Positions 28,557 through 38,209 are shown, numbered from the stretch's first letter. The stretch is DNA of 64,000 nucleotides from Candidatus Woesearchaeota archaeon (GCA_041660865.1 JBAZVO010000005.1:62626-126625), one strand, 5' to 3'. Numbers and translations are program-made. Notes: a model not told the origin generated them from the sequence alone.

Positions 28557-28998
28557 GGCGGAAAATGAGATAAAACTTGCTGGAATAATTTTTGTTATAA
28601 GTGAAGAACCAAGCATACAAAAAGAAACTTTTAAAGTTAATGATCCTGAAACATATTACAGTGCAGTTATTGCACACAGCTATTATAGTATATTTTATGG
28701 TGCGAAAGCATATCTGGCAAAGAAAGGAATTGATGTTTCTGCTCCAGAAGAACATAAGAAAGCATTTGTTGAATTCAAGAAATTTGTTGAGAGTGGAGAA
28801 CTCGACGTTGAACTCCTTAAAATATATCAAGAAGCGCTGGTTAGAGCAGAGTATTTGCTAGGACTCTTCAAAGAAGAGAAGAAGAAACGAGGAGAATTTA
28901 CTTATCGAACAATGCCTCAAGCGAACAAAGAGCCAGCAAAAGAGAGCATAGAACATGCTAAGACTTTCTTCAAACACATGTATGCTATTTTAGGATAA
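28531..28998 (+). CDS. HEPN domain protein (partner of the MNT gene)
   Basis: The HEPN-like helix pattern AHSYYSIFYGAKAYLAKKGI...HKKAFVEF. I saw no clear RX4-6H motif. Confidence 0.6.
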   Translation: MDSKLYIHRAENEIKLAGIIFVISEEPSIQKETFKVNDPETYYSAVIAHSYYSIFYGAKAYLAKKGIDVSAPEEHKKAFVEFKKFVESGELDVELLKIYQEALVRAEYLLGLFKEEKKKRGEFTYRTMPQANKEPAKESIEHAKTFFKHMYAILG

Positions 28999-29029
28999 GA
29001 CTGGTTTGTTATCTTTTATGTTTTGTATT

Positions 29030-29177
29030 GTCGAATTTTTTATGTTGGTTTTTTCGAATTCATTTTTCATCGTTTGATGAGATGAATTTTTCGCTTCGTT
29101 CGTTTTTGTTATTATTCTTTTTATGCTATTTTATTACTCAAAAGTGGTTAAAAATAGAAAGATTTAAATAAGTTCTT
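29030..29177 (+). repeat. Cassette-boundary repeat A6 (decayed) plus promoter element
   Basis: TTGTTGGTTTTTTCGAA..., hairpin AATTCAT-TTT-TCATC-GTTT-GATGA-G-ATGAATT, CGCTTCGTTCGTTTTTGTTATTATTC, then GAAAGATTTAAATAAG, which is identical to 22510-22525. Confidence 0.6.
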
Positions 29178-29192
29178 GAGTTACACATATTT

Positions 29193-29864
29193 ATGTTATT
29201 GAATGGAAGAATATTTGAACCTGAGGGGAATAATAATCATTATTTTCAAAAAACGTTGAAGTATTACAATTCTTTTGAAAGTGTGGTTTATGCTAAAGCT
29301 GCTTATGACGTGATCAATAGCAAAATTGGCTTTTCGAATATTAATTCAGTTAAAATTATGGCTTGCGGATTAGATCTGGCGGGTCAGGTTATTGCATACA
29401 CTCATCCTAATATTCAAGTTCACACATCTGATATTGATACGAATGTAATTGGTGAATTATATTATAAAAATCCCTTCAAGAATTTGGAATTGAGTGTTGA
29501 AGATGCAGAGAAAAATAGGAAAGAACACATAGAATGTTTTGACCTTGTCTATATGAGTATGAGTCTTCATCATATGTATAATCCTGAAATCGTGATAAAA
29601 AATATGTTATCTTATTCAAAAAAGCATGTTATGATTGTAGATTATTTAAGGGAGATGGAAGAAGATGCATATAATAATATACTCTCTCTTGAAAAATCAG
29701 GGGTACTTTATGGTTCTTTAGTATCAGATTCAATTCAAGCATCTTTGTCGAGGAAAGAATATGGAGAAATAGTTGAATCTTTAAATTTGAAAAATGTATT
29801 AGAATTTAGCAGAGAAAAAGAAGGATTGAAAACAAGTGCAGCATTTCTTATGCTTGAAAAATAA
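29193..29864 (+). CDS. Putative SAM-dependent methyltransferase-like protein (cassette gene)
   Basis: Weak motif I (IMACGLDLAG) and DLVYMSMSLHH. Tentative. Confidence 0.45.
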   Translation: MLLNGRIFEPEGNNNHYFQKTLKYYNSFESVVYAKAAYDVINSKIGFSNINSVKIMACGLDLAGQVIAYTHPNIQVHTSDIDTNVIGELYYKNPFKNLELSVEDAEKNRKEHIECFDLVYMSMSLHHMYNPEIVIKNMLSYSKKHVMIVDYLREMEEDAYNNILSLEKSGVLYGSLVSDSIQASLSRKEYGEIVESLNLKNVLEFSREKEGLKTSAAFLMLEK

Positions 29865-30091
29865 TATTTTTTGGGATAAACCTCTGAATGTGTATCTGGT
29901 TTAAATATTTTGAGTGCAAATTTATTTAATATTATTTTCTAAATTTATTAATTCGTTCTTGTTTGTTGTATTTCATTTTATTTGCTTCTTTTTCTTTCTT
30001 TTTGTTTATTTTCATTTAATTGTTATAATTCTTCTAAATTGAGAAATTTGGCGTTTTTTTCCGTAACGTGTATAAATGGAGGAGTATTACT

Positions 30092-30439
30092 ATGTTTATG
30101 GCAACAGCATATTACAAGGTAAATAAAAAAGAGAATAGATTTTTTAATGATAGGGTAAGATCAAGTCCTGTTGCCAAAAAAACGGATTCTGAGAAATCAA
30201 TTAAGGAATTACTAAATAGTTTGAGTCTTGATCAATTAAAAGTTATTGCAAAAAATCATGGTATTGTGCTTCAAGCAGTTATGGAAAAAGGATTGTTTGA
30301 AGCAAGAAGTGTTGAACCGACAAAATATCAATATGTTGAAAAACTTTTAAATGTTGTTGATTCTAAAGAATTAAAAATTGTACAAGTGGATGCTAAGGTT
30401 GTTAAAAAGGGAAGAAGACAATCAAATAATCCTTGGTAA
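30092..30439 (+). CDS. Hypothetical protein
   Basis: ATG preceded by GGAGG. It has a possible SAP/Rho-N-like helix pair (SIKELLNSLSLDQLKVIAKNHGI). Confidence 0.35.
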   Translation: MFMATAYYKVNKKENRFFNDRVRSSPVAKKTDSEKSIKELLNSLSLDQLKVIAKNHGIVLQAVMEKGLFEARSVEPTKYQYVEKLLNVVDSKELKIVQVDAKVVKKGRRQSNNPW

Positions 30440-30565
30440 ATTTTTATTAATTCTGGTTTAAGAGTATTTTTTGATAATCTTATTTGTTAATAAGATGATT
30501 TTTACCAAATTTATAAAAATATTTATAAAAAGAACTTAAAGATAGATGTTATTTTAGGAGGTGTA

Positions 30566-30991
30566 TTGATGAAAGCGTTATGGATTTTTGCATTAGTTTT
30601 GTTAATGTTGCCTTTTGCATATGCAGAAGAGTGTAAGTACAATGAAGATGTTTTAAGTTCGATGGATGGGGCTAATATTGCAGATAATGGTCTTGCTAAA
30701 AGATTGTTCGGAAAAGATACAGGTATAAAATTAATCATTTCTGATGAACAAAAAGAGTATTATTTTAGCATAACTAATTATACTGTCTCATACAAGGGAA
30801 CAGAGGTAGTTGAAACCATAGGGTTTATAGTAACAACTGATGCCTGCACATTACAAAGAATTGATCAAGGTGGAGATGTTTTTAAAGAATATCAGGATAA
30901 AAACATAGTTGTTAAAGGAAACACTGGTGGGAAAAAAACCAAAATGTTTTTTGGCAAAATAGGTTTTTGGTTCTATAATGTGTTTAGTTAA
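30566..30991 (+). CDS. Secreted hypothetical protein
   Basis: N-terminal signal peptide (WIFALVLLMLPFAYA). Confidence 0.45.
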   Translation: MMKALWIFALVLLMLPFAYAEECKYNEDVLSSMDGANIADNGLAKRLFGKDTGIKLIISDEQKEYYFSITNYTVSYKGTEVVETIGFIVTTDACTLQRIDQGGDVFKEYQDKNIVVKGNTGGKKTKMFFGKIGFWFYNVFS

Positions 30992-31124
30992 ATGATTTTT
31001 TTTCTTTTTAATTTTTCTTTTTTGTGTTTATTTATTGTTATTTGTTTTCTTTTTTTTTGTTTATTTGTTGTTTTTTTGAAGTAAAGTATATAAGATGATG
31101 ACACTTTCCCTAGTTTGAGCTATC

Positions 31125-31595
31125 ATGTTTCATTTTTCAAAAAAAGTAGAGTTTAAAGAACAATTAGAAGTCACGAGATCTTTTCTCGAAAGTAATGTGG
31201 GTGCTTTTCCAAAGTACAAGTGTCATTTATCTGCAGAATTTTTAAAAAGAACAATGGGTTTAGAAGTTAAAGTCGGCATATATATTCCTGAAAATATTAG
31301 AATATATTCGGAGCAGGATTTAAATATAATGTTGTGTTCGGGCCATGCATGGAATTATTCTCCTGAACAAAATAGAGATGTTGATCTCACATATGATCAA
31401 TTTACTAATAATTCAAGCGATAGGATTAAAATTTTGAAAGTAAATGATAAATCGTTAAGGGAATTATCTGATGGTTGGATTCAACATATGATTGTTCAAA
31501 ATGGTGAGAGTTTTAAATCAACAATTGATTATCTTGTGGATTCGTTTAAAAAAGAAGAATTTAAACTCATCGCCAATTATCTAGCTCGTCATTAA
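31125..31595 (+). CDS. Hypothetical protein, possibly of the transglutaminase-like Cys-His-Asp fold
   Basis: Spacing of KCH...GHAWN...DLTYD. Weak. Confidence 0.3.
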   Translation: MFHFSKKVEFKEQLEVTRSFLESNVGAFPKYKCHLSAEFLKRTMGLEVKVGIYIPENIRIYSEQDLNIMLCSGHAWNYSPEQNRDVDLTYDQFTNNSSDRIKILKVNDKSLRELSDGWIQHMIVQNGESFKSTIDYLVDSFKKEEFKLIANYLARH

Positions 31596-31917
31596 CTTTA
31601 GCGACCCATCTTGAGGTTGTATCTTTTATTCTTTGACGTAGTTCTTCGCGTTTTTTTAATTGATAATGAAACAAGTAGCCTCCTGAATCTAAGTTTTCTT
31701 GTCGTCTTAATAATATTTCTTTTTCATGAAGGCTTTTTACGCATCTTTGAATTGTGCTTAATTCTAGTTTTAAATCTTTAGAAAGTTCTTGCGTTGTAAA
31801 CCATTCTTTGTTTGTTGCAAGCATCATTTTAACAAGATTAAATTCGGCTTTAGTTAAACCTAGGCTACATTTTATTATTTCATCAAGATTAAATTCTTTG
31901 CATGCAAAATCTATCAT
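31567..31917 (-). CDS. Winged-helix transcriptional regulator
   Basis: wHTH pattern (WFTTQELSKDLKLELSTIQRCVKSLHEKEILLRR). Confidence 0.55.
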   Translation of the reverse strand: MIDFACKEFNLDEIIKCSLGLTKAEFNLVKMMLATNKEWFTTQELSKDLKLELSTIQRCVKSLHEKEILLRRQENLDSGGYLFHYQLKKREELRQRIKDTTSRWVAKVNDELDNWR

Positions 31918-32024
31918 AGTGTCTCCAATGATCTAGTAGTATTTATTTGTTTGTGATTTTTCAAAACAAATAAATTCGATGTTATTATTTGATGTTGTTA
32001 TATATGATTCGCGTTTATCGTTCT

Positions 32025-32375
32025 TTATTTCTTTATTTTCGAGAGTGTGTCATCGATTTGTTTTTTCAAATTATCTTTTGGAACAAATCCTACTATTCGA
32101 TTTATTTCTTCTTTTCCATTTATAATTGACAAAGAAGGAATTCCGCGTATATTGAATGTTCCTGCAAGTTCTGGTGAATCTTCAGTGCTTATTTTTACAA
32201 ATTTTAATTTTCCAGTATATTCTTTGCTTAATTCTTCAAAAACAGGTCCCATCATTTTACAAGGTCCACACCATGAAGCCCAAAAATCTATTATAACTGG
32301 TGTTGTTGATTGTAATACTTCTTTATCAAAGTTTTTTTCATTTACGTTTGTTACCATTTTTTCCTCCTTGTACAT
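32025..32375 (-). CDS. trxA: Thioredoxin
   Basis: WASWCGPCK active site. Confidence 0.9.
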   Translation of the reverse strand: MYKEEKMVTNVNEKNFDKEVLQSTTPVIIDFWASWCGPCKMMGPVFEELSKEYTGKLKFVKISTEDSPELAGTFNIRGIPSLSIINGKEEINRIVGFVPKDNLKKQIDDTLSKIKK

Positions 32376-32399
32376 TAATTAAATTAATAGTACGTCATT

Positions 32400-32421
32400 T
32401 TTTTAACAGTACTGTTAAAAA
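32400..32421. promoter_or_regulatory. Perfect 22-bp palindrome TTTTTAACAGTACTGTTAAAAA
   Basis: Read directly. It lies in the divergent trx/grpE intergenic region, and a half-site TTTTAACAGT recurs at 32470-32479. Confidence 0.5.
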
Positions 32422-32525
32422 TGGGCAGTTATATTTAAATGATGCGATGTACTGTATTTAAGACGTATTTTTTAACAGTTTAATTTCCGAAAGGTTTAAA
32501 TATAAAAACAAATACCTAAATTCAC

Positions 32526-32542
32526 GTTGACTTTAAGTCAAC
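32526..32542. promoter_or_regulatory. Inverted repeat GTTGACTT-T-AAGTCAAC just downstream of a TATA-like GGTTTAAATATAAAAA
   Basis: Perfect 8-bp arms. Further GTTGAC/GTCAxC-like copies lie at about 32554-32571 and 32584-32590. The position fits an operator overlapping the grpE transcription start. Confidence 0.45.
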
Positions 32543-32637
32543 ATCAAAAAGGGTTGTCGAACTAAAGTCATCAAGGAATATGTGTTGACTAATTGGTTTT
32601 GATATGTTTCAAAATTAAATCATGATTAATAAAGTAT

Positions 32638-33312
32638 ATGGATGGAAATTATATGAACAAAAAAGATAGTAACCAGGATTGTAAAACGGAAGACATAGAA
32701 AATAAGTGTAATTGTGATTGCCAGGATGATTTTAATTGTAATAAAGAAGAATCTTGCGATTGTGATGAATTATGTGGTTCTAAATCTAATGATTGTAAAA
32801 AATCTGATGATTGTGAAAATAAAGAAGGTAAGATTCAAAATCCACAAGATGATATTGTTAAACAAAATGAAAATTTAAAAAAACAATGTGATGAGTTTAA
32901 AACTACTCTTCAAAGAGTTTTTGCAGAATTTCAAAATTACAAAAAAAGAACTGTTGATGAAAGACAAAAAACTATGGAACTTGCAACTGTTGATTTAGTT
33001 AAAAGATTACTTCCAATTTTAGATACTCTTGAAATGGCATTAGCTCATAAAAAAATTGATGATGATTTTTCAAGAGGGATAGAATTAATTCATGTTCAGT
33101 TTGTTCAACTCTTAGAAGATGAAGGAGTAAAAACTATGATTTCAAAAGGTAAATTTGATCCTAAACTTCATGAAGTATTGTTAACTGAAGAATCAGATAA
33201 AGAAGAAGGGTTAATTTTAGAAGAAATACAAAAAGGATATACTCTTGGAAATAAAGTTATAAGACATTCAAAAGTTAAAATCGCCAAACAAAAACTTGGC
33301 TTGAAAAAATAA
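32638..33312 (+). CDS. grpE: GrpE nucleotide exchange factor with a Cys/Asp-rich N-terminal extension
   Basis: GrpE core (FQNYKKRT...LLPILDTLEMAL...VIRHSKVKI). The N-terminal ~60 aa contain 11 Cys. Confidence 0.85.
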   Translation: MDGNYMNKKDSNQDCKTEDIENKCNCDCQDDFNCNKEESCDCDELCGSKSNDCKKSDDCENKEGKIQNPQDDIVKQNENLKKQCDEFKTTLQRVFAEFQNYKKRTVDERQKTMELATVDLVKRLLPILDTLEMALAHKKIDDDFSRGIELIHVQFVQLLEDEGVKTMISKGKFDPKLHEVLLTEESDKEEGLILEEIQKGYTLGNKVIRHSKVKIAKQKLGLKK

Positions 33313-33331
33313 TATTTAAGGAGGTAATAAA

Positions 33332-35179
33332 ATGAGTAAAGTAATAGGAATTGATTTAGGAACAACATTTTCTGCGGTGGCAGTAATGGAGGGAGGTTCA
33401 TCAACGATAATCCCAAGTTCAGAAGGAGAAAGAACAACACCATCAGTAGTTTCAATATCTGCTGAAGGCGAAAGAATGGTTGGAAGAGTTGCACGAAATC
33501 AAGCAATACTAAATCCTGAACACACAATAAGAAGTATAAAAAGACATATGGGTGAAGATTTCAAAGTAAAAATATGGGATAAAGATTATTCGCCTCAGGA
33601 AATAAGCGCGATGATTCTTTCGAAATTAAAAGCTGATGCTGAAGCATACTTAGGAGAAAAAGTTACAAAAGCAGTTATAACTGTTCCTGCTTATTTTGAG
33701 GATTCTCAAAGACAGGCAACAAAGGATGCTGGAAAAATTGCAGGCCTTGAAGTTTTAAGAATAATAAATGAGCCTACTGCTGCTGCTTTAGCTTACGGTA
33801 TTGGAAAGGGGCATGAACATACAATTTTTGTATTCGATTTTGGAGGCGGAACATTTGATGTTAGCATTCTTGAACTCGGAGATGGAGTATTTGAAGTAAA
33901 GTCAACTAGCGGAGATAATCATCTTGGAGGAGATGATATTGATGAAATAATAATAGATTGGCTTGCTGAAGAATTTAAGAAAACAAATGTTATAGATTTA
34001 AGACAAGATAAAACTAGTTATCAAAGACTTAAAGATGCAGCTGAAAAAGCAAAGATTGAATTGAGTTCAAAATTAAAAACTACAATAAATCTTCCATTTA
34101 TTTCATCTGATAGCACAGGACCTAAACATTTGAATTTAGATTTGTCAAGAGCAAAATTCGAACAATTAATACAACCAATAATTAAAAGACTTGAAGGTCC
34201 AACAAAACAAGCTCTAAAAGATGCAAATCTTTCTCTTGATAAGTTAGACAAAGTTATTTTTGTTGGAGGATCAACAAGAATTCCTATAGTTCAAGAACTT
34301 GTTAAAAAATTAACTGGCAAAGATGGAGACAAATCCGTTAATCCTGATGAAGCAGTAGCTCAAGGTGCAGCAATTCAAGGAGCAATTTTAGCTGGAGAAG
34401 TTAAAGATGTATTATTACTTGATGTAACTCCTTTAAGTTTAGGAATTGAAACTCTTGGTGCAGTTATGACTACGATGATTGGAAGAAATACAACTATTCC
34501 AACAAGAAAGAGTCAAGTATTTAGTACTGCTGCTGACAATCAACCTGCTGTAAATATACATGTTCTTCAAGGAGAAAGACCAATGTCAAAAGATAACAAA
34601 ACTCTTGGAAGATTTGATTTATTAGGTATTCCTCCAGCTCCAAGAGGCGTTCCTCAAGTTGAAGTTACATTTGACATTGATGCGAATGGAATTGTTCATG
34701 TATCAGCTAAAGATTTAGGAACAGGTAAAGAGCAGAAGATACAAATAACTTCCTCAACAAATCTTTCTAAAGATGAAATAGAAAAGATGAGAAAAGATGC
34801 AGAGCTTCACGCTGAAGAAGATGCAAAAAAGAGAGAAGAAATAGAAGCTGTTAACAAAGCTGATTCATTAGTTTATACAGCTGAAACTATGTTTAAAGAT
34901 GTTGAAGGCAAAGTTGATTCAACAAAACTTGAAGAGATAAAAAAAGAAATAGCAACTCTAAAAGAACTTCTCGCTGAAGAGAACAAAGATGCATCAAAAA
35001 TAAATGCTAAGTTTGATGAGATAAATGAGAAAATACAAGCGATGACAACTGAGATGTATGCAAAAGCATCTCAAGAGCATAGTGCTCATGAAAATTCTCA
35101 GAATCAAGACGCAGGTTCATCAGATAATGTAAAAGATGCTGAGTTTGAAGAAGTAGAAGACAAAGATAAGAAGAAATAA
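33332..35179 (+). CDS. dnaK: Hsp70 chaperone DnaK
   Basis: [33 protein letters not shown]. Confidence 0.95.
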   Translation: MSKVIGIDLGTTFSAVAVMEGGSSTIIPSSEGERTTPSVVSISAEGERMVGRVARNQAILNPEHTIRSIKRHMGEDFKVKIWDKDYSPQEISAMILSKLKADAEAYLGEKVTKAVITVPAYFEDSQRQATKDAGKIAGLEVLRIINEPTAAALAYGIGKGHEHTIFVFDFGGGTFDVSILELGDGVFEVKSTSGDNHLGGDDIDEIIIDWLAEEFKKTNVIDLRQDKTSYQRLKDAAEKAKIELSSKLKTTINLPFISSDSTGPKHLNLDLSRAKFEQLIQPIIKRLEGPTKQALKDANLSLDKLDKVIFVGGSTRIPIVQELVKKLTGKDGDKSVNPDEAVAQGAAIQGAILAGEVKDVLLLDVTPLSLGIETLGAVMTTMIGRNTTIPTRKSQVFSTAADNQPAVNIHVLQGERPMSKDNKTLGRFDLLGIPPAPRGVPQVEVTFDIDANGIVHVSAKDLGTGKEQKIQITSSTNLSKDEIEKMRKDAELHAEEDAKKREEIEAVNKADSLVYTAETMFKDVEGKVDSTKLEEIKKEIATLKELLAEENKDASKINAKFDEINEKIQAMTTEMYAKASQEHSAHENSQNQDAGSSDNVKDAEFEEVEDKDKKK

Positions 35180-35301
35180 GTATAGATAAATTTTTTTATT
35201 TTTTTATTTTTTTTATTTTTAAGTCATTCATATTTACATTGTGAGTAGTGTATTAAATATTAAAGTAAAATTTATGAATAAATCATGATTTAAGTGATAT
35301 T

Positions 35302-36414
35302 ATGGGTAAGGACTATTACAAAATATTGGGTGTTGAGAAAAACGCAACGAAAGAGGATTTAAAAAAAGCATATAAAACATATGCTAAGAAATATCATCCT
35401 GATTTAAATAAAAATGATAAGGACGCAGAAAATAAATTTAAAGAAATAAATGAAGCCATCTCAGTTCTTGGTGATGATGAGAAAAGAAAAATTTACGATC
35501 AATATGGAGATGATGCATTTAAACACGGTGCAAGATCAGGTCAAGAACAAGGAGGAGATTTTTCTGGGTTCGATTTTGGTGCGGGCGATATAAATTTTGA
35601 TGAAGTTTTTGATATGTTCTTTGGCGGAAATCCTAGACGAAGATCAAGAGCTAGAGGCAATGATTTAAGATATGATGTTGAACTTGATTTAGAAGATGCT
35701 GCATTTGGAGTTGAAAAAACAGTTAGACTTAGAAAAAGAAATAATTGTGCTAAATGTAAAGGCTTAGGCGGGGAGGCTCTTGAAGTTTGTTCAACTTGTC
35801 ATGGTTCAGGTCAAGAAAGAATTATTAAAAGAACACCTTTTGGTTCATTTCAAGCAACAGGGCCTTGTGAAAAATGCAATGGTTCAGGAAAAATAGTAAA
35901 AGATATGTGCAAAGTTTGTGAAGGCAATGGATATGTTGTTGGAGAAAAAACTTTAAATGTTAAAATTCCTAAGGGTGTTGAAGATGGTTCAAGACTTAGA
36001 GTTGTAGGTGAGGGGGATGTTGGTTCTCGAGGTCAACAACCTGGAGATTTGTATTTATTTATCTCAATTAGAGATCATGAATTCTTTGAACGAGAAGGCA
36101 ATGACATAAATATGGAAGTACCAATAAGTTTTACTCAAGCAGTTTTTGGAGATGATATAGAAGTTCCAACGCTTAAAGGAAAAGCAAAACTTAAAATTCC
36201 TGCAGGAACTCAATCTGGAACTTTATTAAAAATGCGTGGTAAAGGAATTCCTTATGCTGATGGTCTTGGTACGGGAGATCAAAATGTAACTGTCGTTGTT
36301 GATGTTCCAACTAAATTAACTGCAACTCAAAAGGATGCTTTAAAGCAATATAGCGATTCTATAGGGGAGCAAGTAAGACCACAGAAAACTTTGTTTAAGA
36401 AAATTTTCAAATAA
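35302..36414 (+). CDS. dnaJ: Hsp40 co-chaperone DnaJ
   Basis: J domain with HPD (KKYHPDLN), a G/F region and four CxxCxGxG zinc motifs. Confidence 0.95.
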   Translation: MGKDYYKILGVEKNATKEDLKKAYKTYAKKYHPDLNKNDKDAENKFKEINEAISVLGDDEKRKIYDQYGDDAFKHGARSGQEQGGDFSGFDFGAGDINFDEVFDMFFGGNPRRRSRARGNDLRYDVELDLEDAAFGVEKTVRLRKRNNCAKCKGLGGEALEVCSTCHGSGQERIIKRTPFGSFQATGPCEKCNGSGKIVKDMCKVCEGNGYVVGEKTLNVKIPKGVEDGSRLRVVGEGDVGSRGQQPGDLYLFISIRDHEFFEREGNDINMEVPISFTQAVFGDDIEVPTLKGKAKLKIPAGTQSGTLLKMRGKGIPYADGLGTGDQNVTVVVDVPTKLTATQKDALKQYSDSIGEQVRPQKTLFKKIFK

Positions 36415-36730
36415 TTTTTTTAATTTTTTAATTTTGTTTTATTTTTTGTTTGTAAATTTTGTTCTATTTTATATTTTTATATTTTGTTTTTTTACGTTTC
36501 TTGTTTCTGAGGCATTTTTTATTATGTTAAGTGTATTGTTGGTTAAGTGGTATGAATTTTTGTTGTTTGTTAGTTGGTAGTATTATGTTGTTTAGCTTTA
36601 TGACGAATTATTCAATAATGTTTGTTTTTACTTTATGATAGAAATATTTATATACTACGTATAAGTATTCTGGTTTAGTTAGGGTTTTTAATTTAAACAA
36701 TCAATTAAAATTTCAAGGGGGAAAAATAAA

Positions 36731-37960
36731 ATGAACAAGAGAAATATTGTGATTGCAGTTTTATTGACAATGGTATTAATGTTAACTGCGTGCCAGACGC
36801 CTAGTGTAGAAACAAATACTACTGAAAATAATTTTTCTGAAGAAAATGTTACTGCACCGATAGTTGATGAGACGACAAGCGAAAATGCTACGCCTCAAGA
36901 AATCGAACAACCAAAAGTTGATGATGTAGATTTTAGTAAAGCATCATTTAAAGTTGTTGGTACAGAAGGGGATTTAGTAAAAGTTCCAGTTAAAGCTGTA
37001 GATTTAGACGGAGATTCACTTAAATACACATTTGCGAAACCTTTCAATGATCAAGGAATGTGGTTAACACAAATTGGTGATGAAGGAAAATATTTAGTTA
37101 AAGTCACAGTATCAGATGGTCTTGTTTCAACGTCCGAATTTGTTTTAGTTGAAGTAAAAAGAGCAAATAGAGCCCCTACAATAGAGTGTCCTGATATAAT
37201 GAATGTTCAAGAAACAGATACAATAAGAATAGATTGTAATATATTTGATGAAGAAGGAGATCCAGTTATTGTAGGTTATGAAGGTTGGATGAGAATTTCA
37301 ACATATCCTACAACTTATGGTGATTTCGGAGAACATTCAGTTATTGTTAGAGCTAAAGATCAAAATCATGAAACAACAAAGAATATAAAAATAATTGTTG
37401 AGAAGAAGAATAGAGCGCCAGTTATAACTTCTCTTGAAACTCAAGAAATTATGGAAACTGAAAAGATTCAAATAACGCCTGAAGTATATGATCCTGATGG
37501 AGATGTTGTGTTAGTATCTTTTTCAGAACCTTTAAGTGCTGATGGTTCTTGGACTCCACAATATGGAGATAGAGGAGAATACACTGTTGTTGTCACAGCA
37601 TCAGATGGAAAAACTAACGTTACATCAGAATTTAATTTAGTTGCTTTGAAGAAAAACAGAGTGCCTGTCCTTAAACAAATAGAACAATTAGAAGTATTTG
37701 AAGGAGACAAGGTAAGTATACCTGTTCAAGCATATGATCCTGATGGTGATGATATAACTGTTACATATTCTGGTTGGAAAGAAGTTGGCGAATTCACAAC
37801 ATCTTATGATGATGCGTATCCTGAAGGATGTAATTCTAAAGGATGTACTGCTACATATTATGTTGATGTAACTGTAAGCGACGGAACACTTGTTGCAACT
37901 CAGAATGTTAAAATAAAAGTAACAGATAAGAATAGACCTCCAGAATTACTTTGGGACTAA
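36731..37960 (+). CDS. Surface lipoprotein with four tandem Ig/cadherin-like repeats
   Basis: Lipobox LMLTAC. Repeats of about 90 aa each start with NR(A/V/P)P and contain D(P/E)(D/E)GD. Confidence 0.6.
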   Translation: MNKRNIVIAVLLTMVLMLTACQTPSVETNTTENNFSEENVTAPIVDETTSENATPQEIEQPKVDDVDFSKASFKVVGTEGDLVKVPVKAVDLDGDSLKYTFAKPFNDQGMWLTQIGDEGKYLVKVTVSDGLVSTSEFVLVEVKRANRAPTIECPDIMNVQETDTIRIDCNIFDEEGDPVIVGYEGWMRISTYPTTYGDFGEHSVIVRAKDQNHETTKNIKIIVEKKNRAPVITSLETQEIMETEKIQITPEVYDPDGDVVLVSFSEPLSADGSWTPQYGDRGEYTVVVTASDGKTNVTSEFNLVALKKNRVPVLKQIEQLEVFEGDKVSIPVQAYDPDGDDITVTYSGWKEVGEFTTSYDDAYPEGCNSKGCTATYYVDVTVSDGTLVATQNVKIKVTDKNRPPELLWD

Positions 37961-37988
37961 ATTTTTATTTTTTTTATTTTTTTTGAAT

Positions 37989-38030
37989 TTTGTTTTTCTT
38001 AGTTTGTTTTTCTTAGTTTGTTTTTCTTAG
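37989..38030. repeat. Tandem repeat, 3 x 14 bp (TTTGTTTTTCTTAG)
   Basis: Three perfect units read directly, in the T-rich terminator region after the lipoprotein gene. Confidence 0.9.
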
Positions 38031-38209
38031 AGTTTTAATTGTTGTTCTTTAAAAAATTTAAAAAAGTTCTAGTTGCCATAAAAGTATATTAGTTACCATT
38101 TATGGTATTTATCCGAAATATTTATATAGTAGAAGTTTAGTAAATAGAACTTAAGTATTATAATTAAAAAGAGTATGGCGATTTAATTGCGCTTATGAGG
38201 TGAAAAAGA

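Noticed and set aside
22475-29990. Interpreting the repeat arrays as CRISPR arrays.
   Set aside because: The repeats are 90-160 bp, degenerate, spaced 0.6-2 kb apart, and separated by full-length genes. No cas genes are present.
32398-32640. A CIRCE/HrcA operator upstream of grpE-dnaK-dnaJ.
   Set aside because: No TTAGCACTC-N9-GAGTGCTAA-like sequence is present. The palindromes found there are unrelated to CIRCE.
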